64,000 nucleotides of DNA. It comes from Candidatus Nomurabacteria bacterium (GTDB lineage Bacteria > Patescibacteriota > WWE3 > UBA101185 > UBA10185). The notes beneath the pieces were generated by a model, which did not search any database, was not told the origin of the DNA, and saw only the letters and a program-made list of their open reading frames with translations. A program made the translations under genes and the position numbers. Location of the stretch: NCBI GenBank assembly GCA_020631855.1, contig JACKGU010000001.1, forward strand, positions 231,601-295,600, written 5' to 3'. Positions 18,941 to 28,571 of this stretch are shown here, in pieces (position 1 is the first letter of the stretch; every line of letters starts with the position of its first letter).

Positions 18941-19884
18941 TGTTAAGCACTATCTCTAAAATGAATTACAGAAGAATTAATGAAATAAAATCGGAGGCAG
19001 GCCAGGTTCTATTGTTTGTGGTTGTAACCATGACAGTTGCCCTTGCTTTGGGAGTAGGCGTATCTCTACAAACCATCTCCACTATATCTGATGTTGCGGA
19101 TACAGATACTGCGCAAAGAGTGTTGGCCGCAGCCGAGGGTGGAGGAGAGAGGGCTTTATCTTTGAAACAGACAGATTTAGCAAATTTAGCAAATGCAAAA
19201 AAAGCAAATAACCTTCCAGGGTACCAAAATTTATGTGCCCCAGCTTTTGGAGATTCTGTTACGGGGGAATTTTTGTGCAAGTTGAACTTTACGCCTGCTG
19301 CAGACTCGGGTGATCCTATATTACTTGAATCTCAGATTGGCGTTGAGTACTTTACATTTAATAAGGAAACCCAAGATGGAACACCCTATTACGAATTTGC
19401 ACTTGGACAGAACAAAGTAAAAGAAGTTGTTATGAACGAATCCAAATCAATAGCAGATATAAAGGTGTGTTGGACCGGAGAGGATGGTTTGTTTTATACA
19501 TCGTATAGCAATAGTGCAAATTTTTATAGACAGGACATTATTTGCCCAGTTGTGGGATGTCCTTCAGGAGTGGGTTCGAACGCCATATCTTCTACAGCAA
19601 GCGATATTTCCGGCTTTAATCAATGTGCTACTCTAAGTACCGGTGATTATGGTACTACTCCGAAGGGGCTTCGATTTAGAACTTTAGGAGCCGACACTAG
19701 GGTTGCCGTAGTCACCGCATCGCCCTTTTTTCCTCCCCAGGGTATTAAAATAACGTCTACAGGTCTACTTGCTGTTCCTGGACAGCCCCCGATAAAAAAA
19801 ATAGTTAGAGTTTATAGGTCTTTTGCTTATGCTCCTGCTCCTTTTGACTTTGCGATTTATTCCGAATCTGAATTAAGTAAATAA
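18937..19884 (+). CDS. PilX-N-like minor pilus protein
   Basis: N-terminal GQVLLFVVVTMTVALALGVG resembles the PilX N-terminal domain. RBS GGGAGGA sits 6 nt upstream. The ATG overlaps the stop of the giant gene. Confidence 0.55.
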   Translation: MMLSTISKMNYRRINEIKSEAGQVLLFVVVTMTVALALGVGVSLQTISTISDVADTDTAQRVLAAAEGGGERALSLKQTDLANLANAKKANNLPGYQNLCAPAFGDSVTGEFLCKLNFTPAADSGDPILLESQIGVEYFTFNKETQDGTPYYEFALGQNKVKEVVMNESKSIADIKVCWTGEDGLFYTSYSNSANFYRQDIICPVVGCPSGVGSNAISSTASDISGFNQCATLSTGDYGTTPKGLRFRTLGADTRVAVVTASPFFPPQGIKITSTGLLAVPGQPPIKKIVRVYRSFAYAPAPFDFAIYSESELSK

Positions 19885-20108
19885 ACCTTATAGTATAGCT
19901 ATTTTACTATTTAAAAAATTTAATTTCTAAATAAGCCCACCCGCTTGACACTCCCCCGCTATTTGATGCATACTTACTGTATGAGTTTTCTGCCCAACAC
20001 CTTTCTCTCACTCTTCTATAATTTGTTTAATAAAAGAGTTTCTGTTTTAACAATCACCTCACGGCATACAAGATTTATTAGATTTTATCTTGGAGGGAGG
20101 TGTAAGAT

Positions 20109-20543
20109 ATGAAAAACATTAAAAATAATTCAAAAGGTTTTACACTTATTGAGCTCTTGATAGTCATCGTTATTATTGGTATCTTGGCAGGTATTGTGCT
20201 CACGGTTTTAAATCCAGCAAGACAACAACAGCGAGCAAGAGAAACAGTTTTGAGAGCTAATACAGAAAAAGTGTGTCTCGCACTTCATTCGTGTGCGGTA
20301 ACAAGCTCCTCAGCTTTAAACTGTGATGATTGGACCGATATAGGTGCTATAAATCCGACCGGTACGCCTACAGGCTCAACTTATCCAATAAGCCCTAGCC
20401 CTGCGACAGCCGCTGGTGACACAATAACAATTACAGGCACTCTAGGTTCCTGTGTATTTACTTGTAATTACAACTTTACTAACTCAACGGCTGGTCAATT
20501 AGCCCTTGGCACGGGCGCTACTTGCCTCATTGGAGTTCAGTAG
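20109..20543 (+). CDS. Type IV pilin/pseudopilin (prepilin N-terminus KG|FTLIELLIVIVIIGILAG)
   Basis: Class III signal peptide. Strong RBS GGAGGGAGG. Confidence 0.8.
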   Translation: MKNIKNNSKGFTLIELLIVIVIIGILAGIVLTVLNPARQQQRARETVLRANTEKVCLALHSCAVTSSSALNCDDWTDIGAINPTGTPTGSTYPISPSPATAAGDTITITGTLGSCVFTCNYNFTNSTAGQLALGTGATCLIGVQ

Positions 20544-20559
20544 TTTTTCAGTGAATTCT

Positions 20560-20592
20560 ATGCCCCTTCTCCAGAAGGGGCATTTTCTTTTT
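20560..20592 (+). terminator. Rho-independent terminator (ATGCCCCTT-CTCCAG-AAGGGGCAT followed by TTTCTTTTT)
   Basis: 9-bp stem plus T-rich tail, 17 nt after the pilin stop codon. Confidence 0.6.
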
Positions 20593-20665
20593 CTGAACAC
20601 CTTAAAAAATGTTGTATATTTGTATCGTTCAGAAAGTGTGTTAACATTTATATAGTAAACTGCCT

Positions 20666-21205
20666 ATGTATAAAATAAAAAAAATTTCACAATCAAAAAA
20701 TAAAGGCTTTACGTTAATAGAGTTGCTCATTGTAGTTTCTGTATTGGGCATATTGGGAGGAGTTTTAACCACAGTTATAAACCCTAAAGTACAAAGAGCT
20801 AAAGCTCAGGATTCTGTTTATGCAACAAATATTCAAAAGCTTGCAGAGGGCATTGAGGCATATTACATTACCGGAAATGGCGTAGCGTATCCGGCTGAGG
20901 ACCCTTCGGGATCTTTAAGTAACGTAATAGCAGACCCGAATAATAACTTATCAAAATACATCGCAACATGGCCGACGGATGCTGCTTATGAATATAGAGT
21001 TTCCAGTGATTCCACAAACGCTTGCTTAAGCGTGCCTATGGCATCAGATCCCGATGTTCGCATAAAGTATGTTTTTAAGTCTTCGACCTCTGGAGCTTGT
21101 TCTGGAAGAGTTGTTAGAGATTGTACGTACAGTTGTTATGAGGGTTCAAGTTTCAATACCAACCTTGATGGTTGTAATTCTTTGACCGGAAATGCCTGTA
21201 ATTAA
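20666..21205 (+). CDS. Type IV pilin/pseudopilin (NKG|FTLIELLIVVSVLGILGG)
   Basis: Class III signal peptide. Confidence 0.8.
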   Translation: MYKIKKISQSKNKGFTLIELLIVVSVLGILGGVLTTVINPKVQRAKAQDSVYATNIQKLAEGIEAYYITGNGVAYPAEDPSGSLSNVIADPNNNLSKYIATWPTDAAYEYRVSSDSTNACLSVPMASDPDVRIKYVFKSSTSGACSGRVVRDCTYSCYEGSSFNTNLDGCNSLTGNACN

Positions 21206-21225
21206 TTTAATGGGTTTTTTACATT

Positions 21226-21723
21226 ATGTATAACAAAAGAAACAAAAATTTAAATCCCGGTTCAGGATTTACATTAATAGAGATTCTGATAGTAGTCGTG
21301 ATAATTACGGTCATTAGCGGAGCAATTTTATCTTTAATAAACTCCGAAGGCTTAAGAGGCAAATCTCGTGATGCTCAGAGAGTTGCTGATATTAAAAAAA
21401 CTCAAAGTGCTTTGGAACTATATTTTGCTGACAACAGGCAGTACCCTGATACATCTTCAGATAAATCTGAGCTGGCGGATATAAGCAGTTTTCTGAGCAG
21501 CTACATGAGTGTAACTCCTACGGACCCCTTAAATACTGGGCAAGTTGACAACCTGTGTGGCAACAGCGCGGTCTATAAATATGTCTATCAATCTGATGGT
21601 TCAGAGTATTATTTAGGAGTTAATATGGAGGATAGTAGGTCAGCCGAGCCTTCCCCTTGTACGGACTTTAGCCTTTTTTGTAACTCTGCCGAAGCAACCT
21701 GTTATGCGGTTCGTAATCCTTAA
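21226..21723 (+). CDS. GspG/PulG-like pseudopilin
   Basis: GSG|FTLIEILIVVVII...RDAQRVADIKKTQSALELYFADNRQYP matches the GspG core motif. Confidence 0.8.
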   Translation: MYNKRNKNLNPGSGFTLIEILIVVVIITVISGAILSLINSEGLRGKSRDAQRVADIKKTQSALELYFADNRQYPDTSSDKSELADISSFLSSYMSVTPTDPLNTGQVDNLCGNSAVYKYVYQSDGSEYYLGVNMEDSRSAEPSPCTDFSLFCNSAEATCYAVRNP

Positions 21724-21725
21724 AG

Positions 21726-22208
21726 ATGCAAACTAGAAGTTCATCCGGCTTAACTTTAATTGAATTAACTATTACTCTTGGCATTATTGTTATTCTAGCT
21801 TCTGTTTTGCTATTGGTAATGGAAATACCCGAACTTGAGCAAAAAGCAAGAGATAATAAGAGACTTAGTGACATTGCTACTATAGAGCGGATAATAAACG
21901 AGTATGCAAATAACGCTAAAAGCTTTCCGGGCATTGCGAATACAACTTACGCAAGCAATGTAATACCTGATGAAGAAGAAGGCCAGGATATCTTGGTGTC
22001 GGGGTGGATATACGCCGATTTCACGCTATACTCCCCTACTCTACCCATTGATCCTAAAAACACAGATAACCACGTTTATTCTTATAGACATAATGGTAAG
22101 GCTTACGAAATAAACGCGTCTTTAGAATACTTTGACAACTTAATGCAAGAAGACAACGGAGACGACCCCGCTCTATATGAGGTGGGTACAAATTTGAGTA
22201 TTTTGTGA
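21726..22208 (+). CDS. Pilin-like protein with atypical leader (SSG|LTLIELTITLGIIVIL)
   Basis: Prepilin-like N-terminus with Leu at +1. Confidence 0.65.
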   Translation: MQTRSSSGLTLIELTITLGIIVILASVLLLVMEIPELEQKARDNKRLSDIATIERIINEYANNAKSFPGIANTTYASNVIPDEEEGQDILVSGWIYADFTLYSPTLPIDPKNTDNHVYSYRHNGKAYEINASLEYFDNLMQEDNGDDPALYEVGTNLSIL

Positions 22209-22238
22209 GATTTATTAAAAGTCTGTATACTTAAATAA

Positions 22239-22769
22239 ATGAAAAGATATACTGCTCAATCAGGCTTTACGCTTATAGAAATGATGATGGTTATTGCCAT
22301 TATGGCAATACTTTCTGGGTTTCTACTTCCCGGTTTGGGGAAATATTTAGACTCTCAATCTCTGTTTCAAGCTCAAGACCAAGTTAAAGGAGATTTACGC
22401 TCTATTCAAACCAGAGCTCTCACCGGAGCCGGTTTTAATGGCACGTATAAGTATTGGGGTGTAATGTTTGTTAACGACCAAAATAAATATGAATATTTTT
22501 TATCGGCTTCAAACAATGACACTACTTGCACTAATGCGGATTTTGACACCCAAGGTACCAGTCAGAGACTACCGGGAAACATGAAAATAGTAAAAACCGA
22601 TTCCGGGGCAGCATCTAATTGTTACTATTTTGCATTTGATAGCGGAAACGCAAATTTTGCCTCTGGGGCTGGTAATATATACATTGGTAACGGGACAAGT
22701 TGCGTCAAAATTACTATAAATTCTGCTGGATTTATTACAGCAGATAGATCTATTGTTGCTTGTAATTAA
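22239..22769 (+). CDS. Pseudopilin (GspH/FimT-like; QSG|FTLIEMMMVIAIMAIL)
   Basis: Class III signal peptide. Confidence 0.75.
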   Translation: MKRYTAQSGFTLIEMMMVIAIMAILSGFLLPGLGKYLDSQSLFQAQDQVKGDLRSIQTRALTGAGFNGTYKYWGVMFVNDQNKYEYFLSASNNDTTCTNADFDTQGTSQRLPGNMKIVKTDSGAASNCYYFAFDSGNANFASGAGNIYIGNGTSCVKITINSAGFITADRSIVACN

Positions 22770-22819
22770 GTTTTGCATCTTAGTATTGCAGTTGAATGCC
22801 GGTATTTAAGGCTACTTAT

Positions 22820-23386
22820 ATGCTATTAAAAGTTAAAAAATTTGTTCAAAATATATATTGGAGGCAAAATCGCCATTTCACAAATTCTCCGCAAGCCGGA
22901 CTGGGGCTTATTGAGACTGTTGTTGCTATGGGAATGTCAGTTTTGGTTATAACCACCCTAGTGTCCTTGTCGGTTTTTACCTTGCGTTCTTCGGTTCGCA
23001 GCAATATGTTTTTACGAGCTTCCAAATTAGCAAACAAACAAATGGAGCTGGTTAGAGCATATAGAGATCAGTCTGCTCTATCCTGGGAACAATTTTTAGT
23101 TACATTAGATGATTGTGACGGTGCAGGACAATTTTGCTTTATGGATGACAATGTTGTTGTTCAGGGTGACAAGTATCGAGACGGCACAGCCCTTAATTTA
23201 GTGACTGTGTATTTTAATATAATTGATCCGGCCAACGATCATCCAAACGATAGCCCTCCAGATGTTGATCCGGAAGATCCCGTTATTAGAGTTTCTGTTA
23301 TAGCTTCTTGGAGCGATATTGCGGGGGGCTCTGCCGATAAAAGTGTTTATGTATATACCGATTTATCTAATTGGCAGAATAAATAA
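22820..23386 (+). CDS. Minor pilin-like protein (AG|LGLIETVVAMGMSVLVITTL)
   Basis: Prepilin-like hydrophobic N-terminus with Glu+5. The start was chosen at an internal Met, so the 5' end is uncertain. Confidence 0.55.
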   Translation: MLLKVKKFVQNIYWRQNRHFTNSPQAGLGLIETVVAMGMSVLVITTLVSLSVFTLRSSVRSNMFLRASKLANKQMELVRAYRDQSALSWEQFLVTLDDCDGAGQFCFMDDNVVVQGDKYRDGTALNLVTVYFNIIDPANDHPNDSPPDVDPEDPVIRVSVIASWSDIAGGSADKSVYVYTDLSNWQNK

Positions 23387-23986
23387 ATGATTTTTGCGAA
23401 TACTAAATATTTACATAGAGTCAAGCCGGTCTGTAAAAGAAAGGATCGGGACGAACAGAAAGGATTTACTTTGCTCGAGTTACTCATTGTCATTGCTCTG
23501 TTGACAATTACTGTTGGGGTCACGGGTGACATAATTTTATCTTTGGTAAGAAGCTACAGTAAAACAAGGGTAACAAATGAGGTTGAACAAACAGGAAATC
23601 TGGCAATGTCTAAGATTGAAAAAGAGTTTCGCGCTGCCCTCTCAGTTTCCTCCCCTGCGCTAGGGGATACTGGAGATGAGCTAAGTTTTATTAGGGTAAT
23701 AGATGGAGTAGAACACACAATTACCTATACAGTAGAAGTTACCGGCGGGCTACTTAGGAGAGAAGACATAAACGGGACAAATATTTCCACTGCTGCAATA
23801 ATTGATGGGGAGGAATCGGCAATTAAAAACCCGGATACCGCTTTTAGCCTAGTCCAGGAAAATCCTTATGTTGTAAAAATAAATTTTGAGCTTAGACAGG
23901 GAGACTCAACACTTCCTGAGACAAGTCCTTTCGCGTCGAAAATTGATCTAGAAACAACTGTAGTAGCCAGAGGATCTTATAGATAG
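23387..23986 (+). CDS. Pseudopilin (GspJ/PilW-like; QKG|FTLLELLIVIALLTI)
   Basis: Class III signal peptide after a 26-aa leader. Confidence 0.7.
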   Translation: MIFANTKYLHRVKPVCKRKDRDEQKGFTLLELLIVIALLTITVGVTGDIILSLVRSYSKTRVTNEVEQTGNLAMSKIEKEFRAALSVSSPALGDTGDELSFIRVIDGVEHTITYTVEVTGGLLRREDINGTNISTAAIIDGEESAIKNPDTAFSLVQENPYVVKINFELRQGDSTLPETSPFASKIDLETTVVARGSYR

Positions 23987-23997
23987 GTAGACTATTT

Positions 23998-24873
23998 ATG
24001 TTTATTTTATTAAGTAAGTTTTGTTCCGGAAGGGTTAAAAATAAATTAAATACCTTCGCAGACGACCATCCCTATTCAGAAAGCGGCCAGGTCTTGGTAA
24101 TAATGGTTTTTGTTATGGTCATTGCTCTTGCTCTGGGCGTATCGATGTCAAACAAGTTCTTATCCGGGACTAGAAATATTACAAACGCTACCCTTGGCTT
24201 GCGGGCACAGGGAGTTGCAGAAGCCGGAATAGAGAACATTTTATTAAAAACAAATGACGAGCTTTACGACTATATTCAATACAACAGCTGCGGGGACAGC
24301 TGTATTGTCTCTTGGACAAACGCCGACGGACTAGTTGAAACAGCTACAATAACGCTAAGCACTCTAGGTAGTTCTTCTGATGCTTATATTTTTCAAATAT
24401 CTCAGAACGAAGTAGAGGAGATAAATTTAAACGGTTACCCCGAGGATACTTCGCTGACTCTTTGCTGGGATGATGATTTTTCTGAGTACACTAGTGTCTA
24501 TGCTGAACTGCTGTCCGGCACTGTTGGTAGTTATACTCTTACACCCCTTGCTTATAACTCCATAAATTATGGCGGAAACAGCAATGGGTTTGACTCTGCC
24601 TCGAGCCAGTTAGGGTATGATAGCTGTTTTGATGTAAATTCAGGCTCCGATCCTTTATCATTAAGAATTCGTATTTTTGGTTCAGATGCAACCATCGCAA
24701 TAATACCCTCTTCTTCTACAGACCTTCCTGCCCAGGGAGTGCTAATTGAATCGGTCGGTGAGGTAGCAGGAACTTATAAGAAAGTTGCAGTAATAAGAAA
24801 AGACGCTTTCATGGGCCCGGAATTTAGCTATGTGCTTTTTTCAACTTCTGAAAACAGCCCGTTGTCTAATTGA
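23998..24873 (+). CDS. Second PilX-N-like minor pilus protein
   Basis: GQVLVIMVFVMVIALALGVSMS N-terminal segment, similar to the 18937-19884 protein. Confidence 0.55.
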   Translation: MFILLSKFCSGRVKNKLNTFADDHPYSESGQVLVIMVFVMVIALALGVSMSNKFLSGTRNITNATLGLRAQGVAEAGIENILLKTNDELYDYIQYNSCGDSCIVSWTNADGLVETATITLSTLGSSSDAYIFQISQNEVEEINLNGYPEDTSLTLCWDDDFSEYTSVYAELLSGTVGSYTLTPLAYNSINYGGNSNGFDSASSQLGYDSCFDVNSGSDPLSLRIRIFGSDATIAIIPSSSTDLPAQGVLIESVGEVAGTYKKVAVIRKDAFMGPEFSYVLFSTSENSPLSN

Positions 24874-24916
24874 TTTAGGAGTAGAATATTTTTTAAATAT
24901 TCTGTAGACTTATATT

Positions 24917-25969
24917 ATGCCCATTATAGGACTTGATCTGGGCCGCCATCAATTTAGGGCGGTAGAATTAGAACAACAAAAAGGTTTTTATATTCTTAAA
25001 AACTACGGTAACTATGAAGGCAGGATGCTCGATTTGGATTTTCGTTCTCCTGACGCTGTCGCAAACTATACCAACGCACTCAAAGAGTTCATTCGAGAGA
25101 GAGATTTTTCAACATCAGGAGTTATCGTAGCATTGCCTGAGCAAGAGGTCTTTATACGGGTCATTAGTACTCCCAAGCTTTCACAAAAAGAGTTAAATAA
25201 TTTTATAAAAATGAATGCTGAGGAATACATTCCTATCCCGATGTCTGAGGTAACTTTTGACGCTCAAATAATAGACTCTAACGAAGTTGTGGATAAAGAA
25301 GATTCCGAAACCGGTAAAACAATGAGCGCCTTGTTAGTGGCTTCAAAAAACGATATCCTAAAAAAATACGTCGAGCTTATAAAATCCGCAGGATTCGTCC
25401 CCAAAGGCATAGAACCAGAAACCTTGTCGATAGAGAGAGTATTAGGGGATACCTTGGATCGTCCAAGCGCGTGCATTATTGTGAATATTGGAGTTTTTTC
25501 TACTCAAATAATAGTTAGTTATAGAGGTTTTGTTCGCTTCACTCGAACCGTGTCGGTAGGCGGAAGCGACCTGACTAAAGCTGTTCAGAAAGCTCTGAAT
25601 TTAGAATTCAATCAGGCAGAAGAATATAAAAAAGCTTACGGTTTAGACGAGAGCCAGGTTGACGGCAAGGTTTACAATGCTATTAAGCCCGTATTTGACA
25701 ATATTCTACTTGAAATAAACAGATCTAAAATGTACTACACAACGCACAATCCTTCTGTTATCATTAACAGAGTAATACTTTCCGGAGGAACTGCCCTTAT
25801 GCCGGGTACACTGCTTTATATTGCAAATAAACTTGATGTTGAAGCCGAGCTTTCCAATCCCTGGAGAACTATAAAAATTTCCGAAAAATTACAAAAAGAT
25901 CGCGATAACCTAATTAAACAAGGGCCAATGTATTCAACAGCGGTTGGACTAGCCCTAAAGGAGGTGTAA
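24917..25969 (+). CDS. pilM: Type IV pilus assembly protein PilM (actin-like)
   Basis: IIGLDLG N-terminal phosphate-1 motif; 350 aa. Confidence 0.8.
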   Translation: MPIIGLDLGRHQFRAVELEQQKGFYILKNYGNYEGRMLDLDFRSPDAVANYTNALKEFIRERDFSTSGVIVALPEQEVFIRVISTPKLSQKELNNFIKMNAEEYIPIPMSEVTFDAQIIDSNEVVDKEDSETGKTMSALLVASKNDILKKYVELIKSAGFVPKGIEPETLSIERVLGDTLDRPSACIIVNIGVFSTQIIVSYRGFVRFTRTVSVGGSDLTKAVQKALNLEFNQAEEYKKAYGLDESQVDGKVYNAIKPVFDNILLEINRSKMYYTTHNPSVIINRVILSGGTALMPGTLLYIANKLDVEAELSNPWRTIKISEKLQKDRDNLIKQGPMYSTAVGLALKEV

Positions 25970-25974
25970 CTGCC

Positions 25975-26565
25975 ATGTCACAAAGTATAAATCTAATTCC
26001 ACAAGAAGAGGTAGTCTCTCAGCAAAAACAGAGTGTTGTTAAGCTGAGCTCTGTATTTTCTGTTGTATTACTTGTTTTAGTGGCTATATACGCTGTGTAT
26101 ATGGTTTACACCGTAAATCAAATTAAAAGTGCAACCAGACAGCATGAACAAAATATCGCTAATCACAGAAAAGACATAAATTCCCTAAAAGAAATAGAGA
26201 TTCTAGCCCGTTCGCTTGACGGCAGATATAAGTTGCTATCGGAGGTTTTGGATAAGAGGCAGAATTATTCTATTTTGCTTGAGGAAATAACCAAGAGAAT
26301 GCCCGTAACTACAAGAATTGATTCTTGGAACATTTCAGCACCCGGGACAGTTATGATTTCAGGAGTAGCAGACGATTACCTTGCTATTGCAAAGCTTTTG
26401 GATAATATGTCTCAGAAAGATTTTGTTGATGCAGGAGAAGGTATGGAGTCTTTGTTGACTGACATTACGTTAAACTCGGTTCAATTAGATAATCAGGACA
26501 CCGATGTTAGTTTTGCTCTCACTGTAAAATACGATTCTAAATTAATTTCGGGAGTGAGAAAATAA
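25975..26565 (+). CDS. pilN: PilN-like bitopic protein
   Basis: N-terminal INLIPQEE (INLLP motif), a single TM segment, then a coiled-coil. Confidence 0.65.
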   Translation: MSQSINLIPQEEVVSQQKQSVVKLSSVFSVVLLVLVAIYAVYMVYTVNQIKSATRQHEQNIANHRKDINSLKEIEILARSLDGRYKLLSEVLDKRQNYSILLEEITKRMPVTTRIDSWNISAPGTVMISGVADDYLAIAKLLDNMSQKDFVDAGEGMESLLTDITLNSVQLDNQDTDVSFALTVKYDSKLISGVRK

Positions 26566-26566
26566 T

Positions 26567-27397
26567 ATGAAAAAAATTAACATAGATACCTTAGCGATAA
26601 AACAAATGGTGGCAAACTTTTTAGTGCCTCTGATTTCTTTAGGCCTTGTAACCGCAATAGGATTTTTAGTACTCTATCCTACTATCTCGAATAGACCTAT
26701 GTACGAAGAAAAGCTAGAGGCTTCAAGGGCATTAGATGAGCAGTTATTAACGAAGCTCGAGAAATTAAATTATCTTGTGGACTATAAGAGTGCCGTAGAT
26801 GAGAATAACTCTCTACTTTCGGATGTTTTAGCTCAAAAGCCTTTAGTTCCCGAACTTCTGACCCAGCTTGATATTATTGCAAAAGAAGCGGGCTTGGGCG
26901 TTGAAAAATTAAGTTACTCTTTTGGAGCCGGCAAAGATACCGCCGAAGGCACCTTAACAGATATAAATGTCAATATGGGGATTATTGGAACTTACGATCA
27001 ACTTGTTGCTTTTTTTAGAGCTTTAGAAAAAGCCGGACGGCTGGTTAACGTAGATAACTACAGGTACACCCTTACCGAAGATAATGCTTTGTCTATAAAT
27101 CTTACTTTTTCTTCCCCTTACGTTGATGTGAAAACCGATGCAGTTACTGATGATCCTATTGCTTTTGACATTTCTGACACTAAGTTTGTGTCGTTAATGT
27201 CATCTCTTAAAGAATTTAAGGTTTACAGAATATCTGTAGATGACTACATAGAAGTTCCTGCAACACCAGAAATTCCGACACAGCAGGGTGAGCAGCCTTT
27301 AGATGCTCCGGCAGAAGTCGGAGTACTTCAACAGCCCGGTGGTGCCGAAGCTCCGGCTCAAGTACCTGTCGTTCCGACCGAAGAGCCCCTTAACTAG
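26567..27397 (+). CDS. pilO: PilO-like bitopic protein
   Basis: Single TM segment, coiled-coil, Pro/Glu-rich C-terminal tail. Position after pilM/pilN. Confidence 0.6.
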   Translation: MKKINIDTLAIKQMVANFLVPLISLGLVTAIGFLVLYPTISNRPMYEEKLEASRALDEQLLTKLEKLNYLVDYKSAVDENNSLLSDVLAQKPLVPELLTQLDIIAKEAGLGVEKLSYSFGAGKDTAEGTLTDINVNMGIIGTYDQLVAFFRALEKAGRLVNVDNYRYTLTEDNALSINLTFSSPYVDVKTDAVTDDPIAFDISDTKFVSLMSSLKEFKVYRISVDDYIEVPATPEIPTQQGEQPLDAPAEVGVLQQPGGAEAPAQVPVVPTEEPLN

Positions 27398-27398
27398 A

Positions 27399-27498
27399 GC
27401 ATTAGCTAATAGATGTAGCTGTAGTTTACCCAACATATTGGGTTTTGCAGCGCAAAGCAATTACAGTAAACCGCCTGCGTAAGCTGGTGGTGGTTGAT
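27399..27498 (+). repeat. Partial copy (3' about 100 bp, second hairpin intact) of the ~119-bp repeat, right after the pilO stop
   Basis: GCATTAGCTAATAGATGTAG...CCGCCTGCGTAAGCTGGTGGTGGTTGAT aligns to copies A, B and E. The stem pairs CCGCC/GGTGG, which requires a G-U wobble. Confidence 0.8.
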
Positions 27499-27526
27499 AG
27501 TACAGGAGATTGCTGTTATATAGCAG

Positions 27527-28234
27527 TTATTCCTTCTGTTGCGTTTTCTTTATATGTAGTTTTTTAGAAGCTTCTTTTCGCCATTTCTCTATTTCTTTAT
27601 GATTTCCGCTTAAAAGCACCTCCGGTACTTTTAAGCCCATAAAATCTTGCGGTCTGGTATATTGAGGAAATTCGGGCATATCGTCATCTGTGAAAGACTC
27701 TATTTCCGCAGCCTCTTCTTTTTCAAGTACGCCTGGTAAAAGCCTTGAGACGCTTTCAATAATTGAAAGTGCTGGAAGTTCCCCTCCTGACAAAACAAAG
27801 TCGCCTAAAGAGACAGCCCTTATTTCAACTTTTTTATCAAGTATGGTGTTTAATTCAAAAATTCTACTGTCCATTCCTTCGTATCGCCCGCAAACTATAG
27901 TTATTCTATTAAAGTTTTTAAGATCTCTTGCCATTTTTTGGTTGTATGTCTCACCTTGGGGAGAAGTAACTATAATTATGTTTTTTTCTTCCGGTACGTA
28001 ATTTGCAATAGATTTATTTATAGCCTTGAAAAGAGGTTCTATCATGAGAAGCATGCCTATTCCCCCTCCATAGGGTTTATCGTCTATAGTTCCGTATGAG
28101 TCAAGCGGGAAGTCTCTTAAATTTATAGAATTTACCTTAATTAGTTCTCTTTCGATAGCTTTTTTATATGGTAAGACTTTTAGAAAAGAGTTAATAAGCT
28201 CGGGAAATACAGTAATAACGTCAAAATTAATCAT
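27527..28234 (-). CDS. trmD: tRNA (guanine37-N1)-methyltransferase
   Basis: MINFDVITVFPE...YGGGIGMLL is the SPOUT TrmD signature. Confidence 0.9.
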   Translation of the reverse strand: MINFDVITVFPELINSFLKVLPYKKAIERELIKVNSINLRDFPLDSYGTIDDKPYGGGIGMLLMIEPLFKAINKSIANYVPEEKNIIIVTSPQGETYNQKMARDLKNFNRITIVCGRYEGMDSRIFELNTILDKKVEIRAVSLGDFVLSGGELPALSIIESVSRLLPGVLEKEEAAEIESFTDDDMPEFPQYTRPQDFMGLKVPEVLLSGNHKEIEKWRKEASKKLHIKKTQQKE

Positions 28235-28248
28235 TAATTCTTTTGTTT

Positions 28249-28293
28249 ATAATTTCGTTACTTAAAACTACTTTCGTATTGTTGAAGATTAGC
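28249..28293 (+). repeat. Degenerate 5' fragment of the ~119-bp repeat (ATAATTTCGTTACTTAAAACTACTTTCG...) 15 bp upstream of the trmD start codon
   Basis: The first about 28 nt are identical to copy A, then it diverges. It overlaps the stop of the KH-protein gene. Confidence 0.6.
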
Positions 28294-28555
28294 TATTTGT
28301 GCTTTCGGCCTCTTCGCTTTCACCGTCTTCGCTTATATCGACATATACTTTAACATTATCTTTGATTGCCTTCGCTCTTGCCAACGCTCTTATATTATTT
28401 ATGGTTCTTCCCTCTTTTCCTATAACCACGCCCATGTCCTCTTTTGCAGGTTTAATTAAAATTCTGACAATCGAGCCTTCAACCGTTTCCTCTATTTTCA
28501 TTTCATCTGGGTGTTTTACTATATTTTTGACAATATATTCTAAAAATTCTTTCAT
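28289..28555 (-). CDS. KH-domain RNA-binding protein (YlqC/UPF0109 family)
   Basis: VVIGKEGRTINNIRALARA KH GxxG motif. Located between rpsP and trmD, as in Firmicutes. Confidence 0.8.
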   Translation of the reverse strand: MKEFLEYIVKNIVKHPDEMKIEETVEGSIVRILIKPAKEDMGVVIGKEGRTINNIRALARAKAIKDNVKVYVDISEDGESEEAESTNS

Positions 28556-28571
28556 ATGCTTTCAGTCGCAG

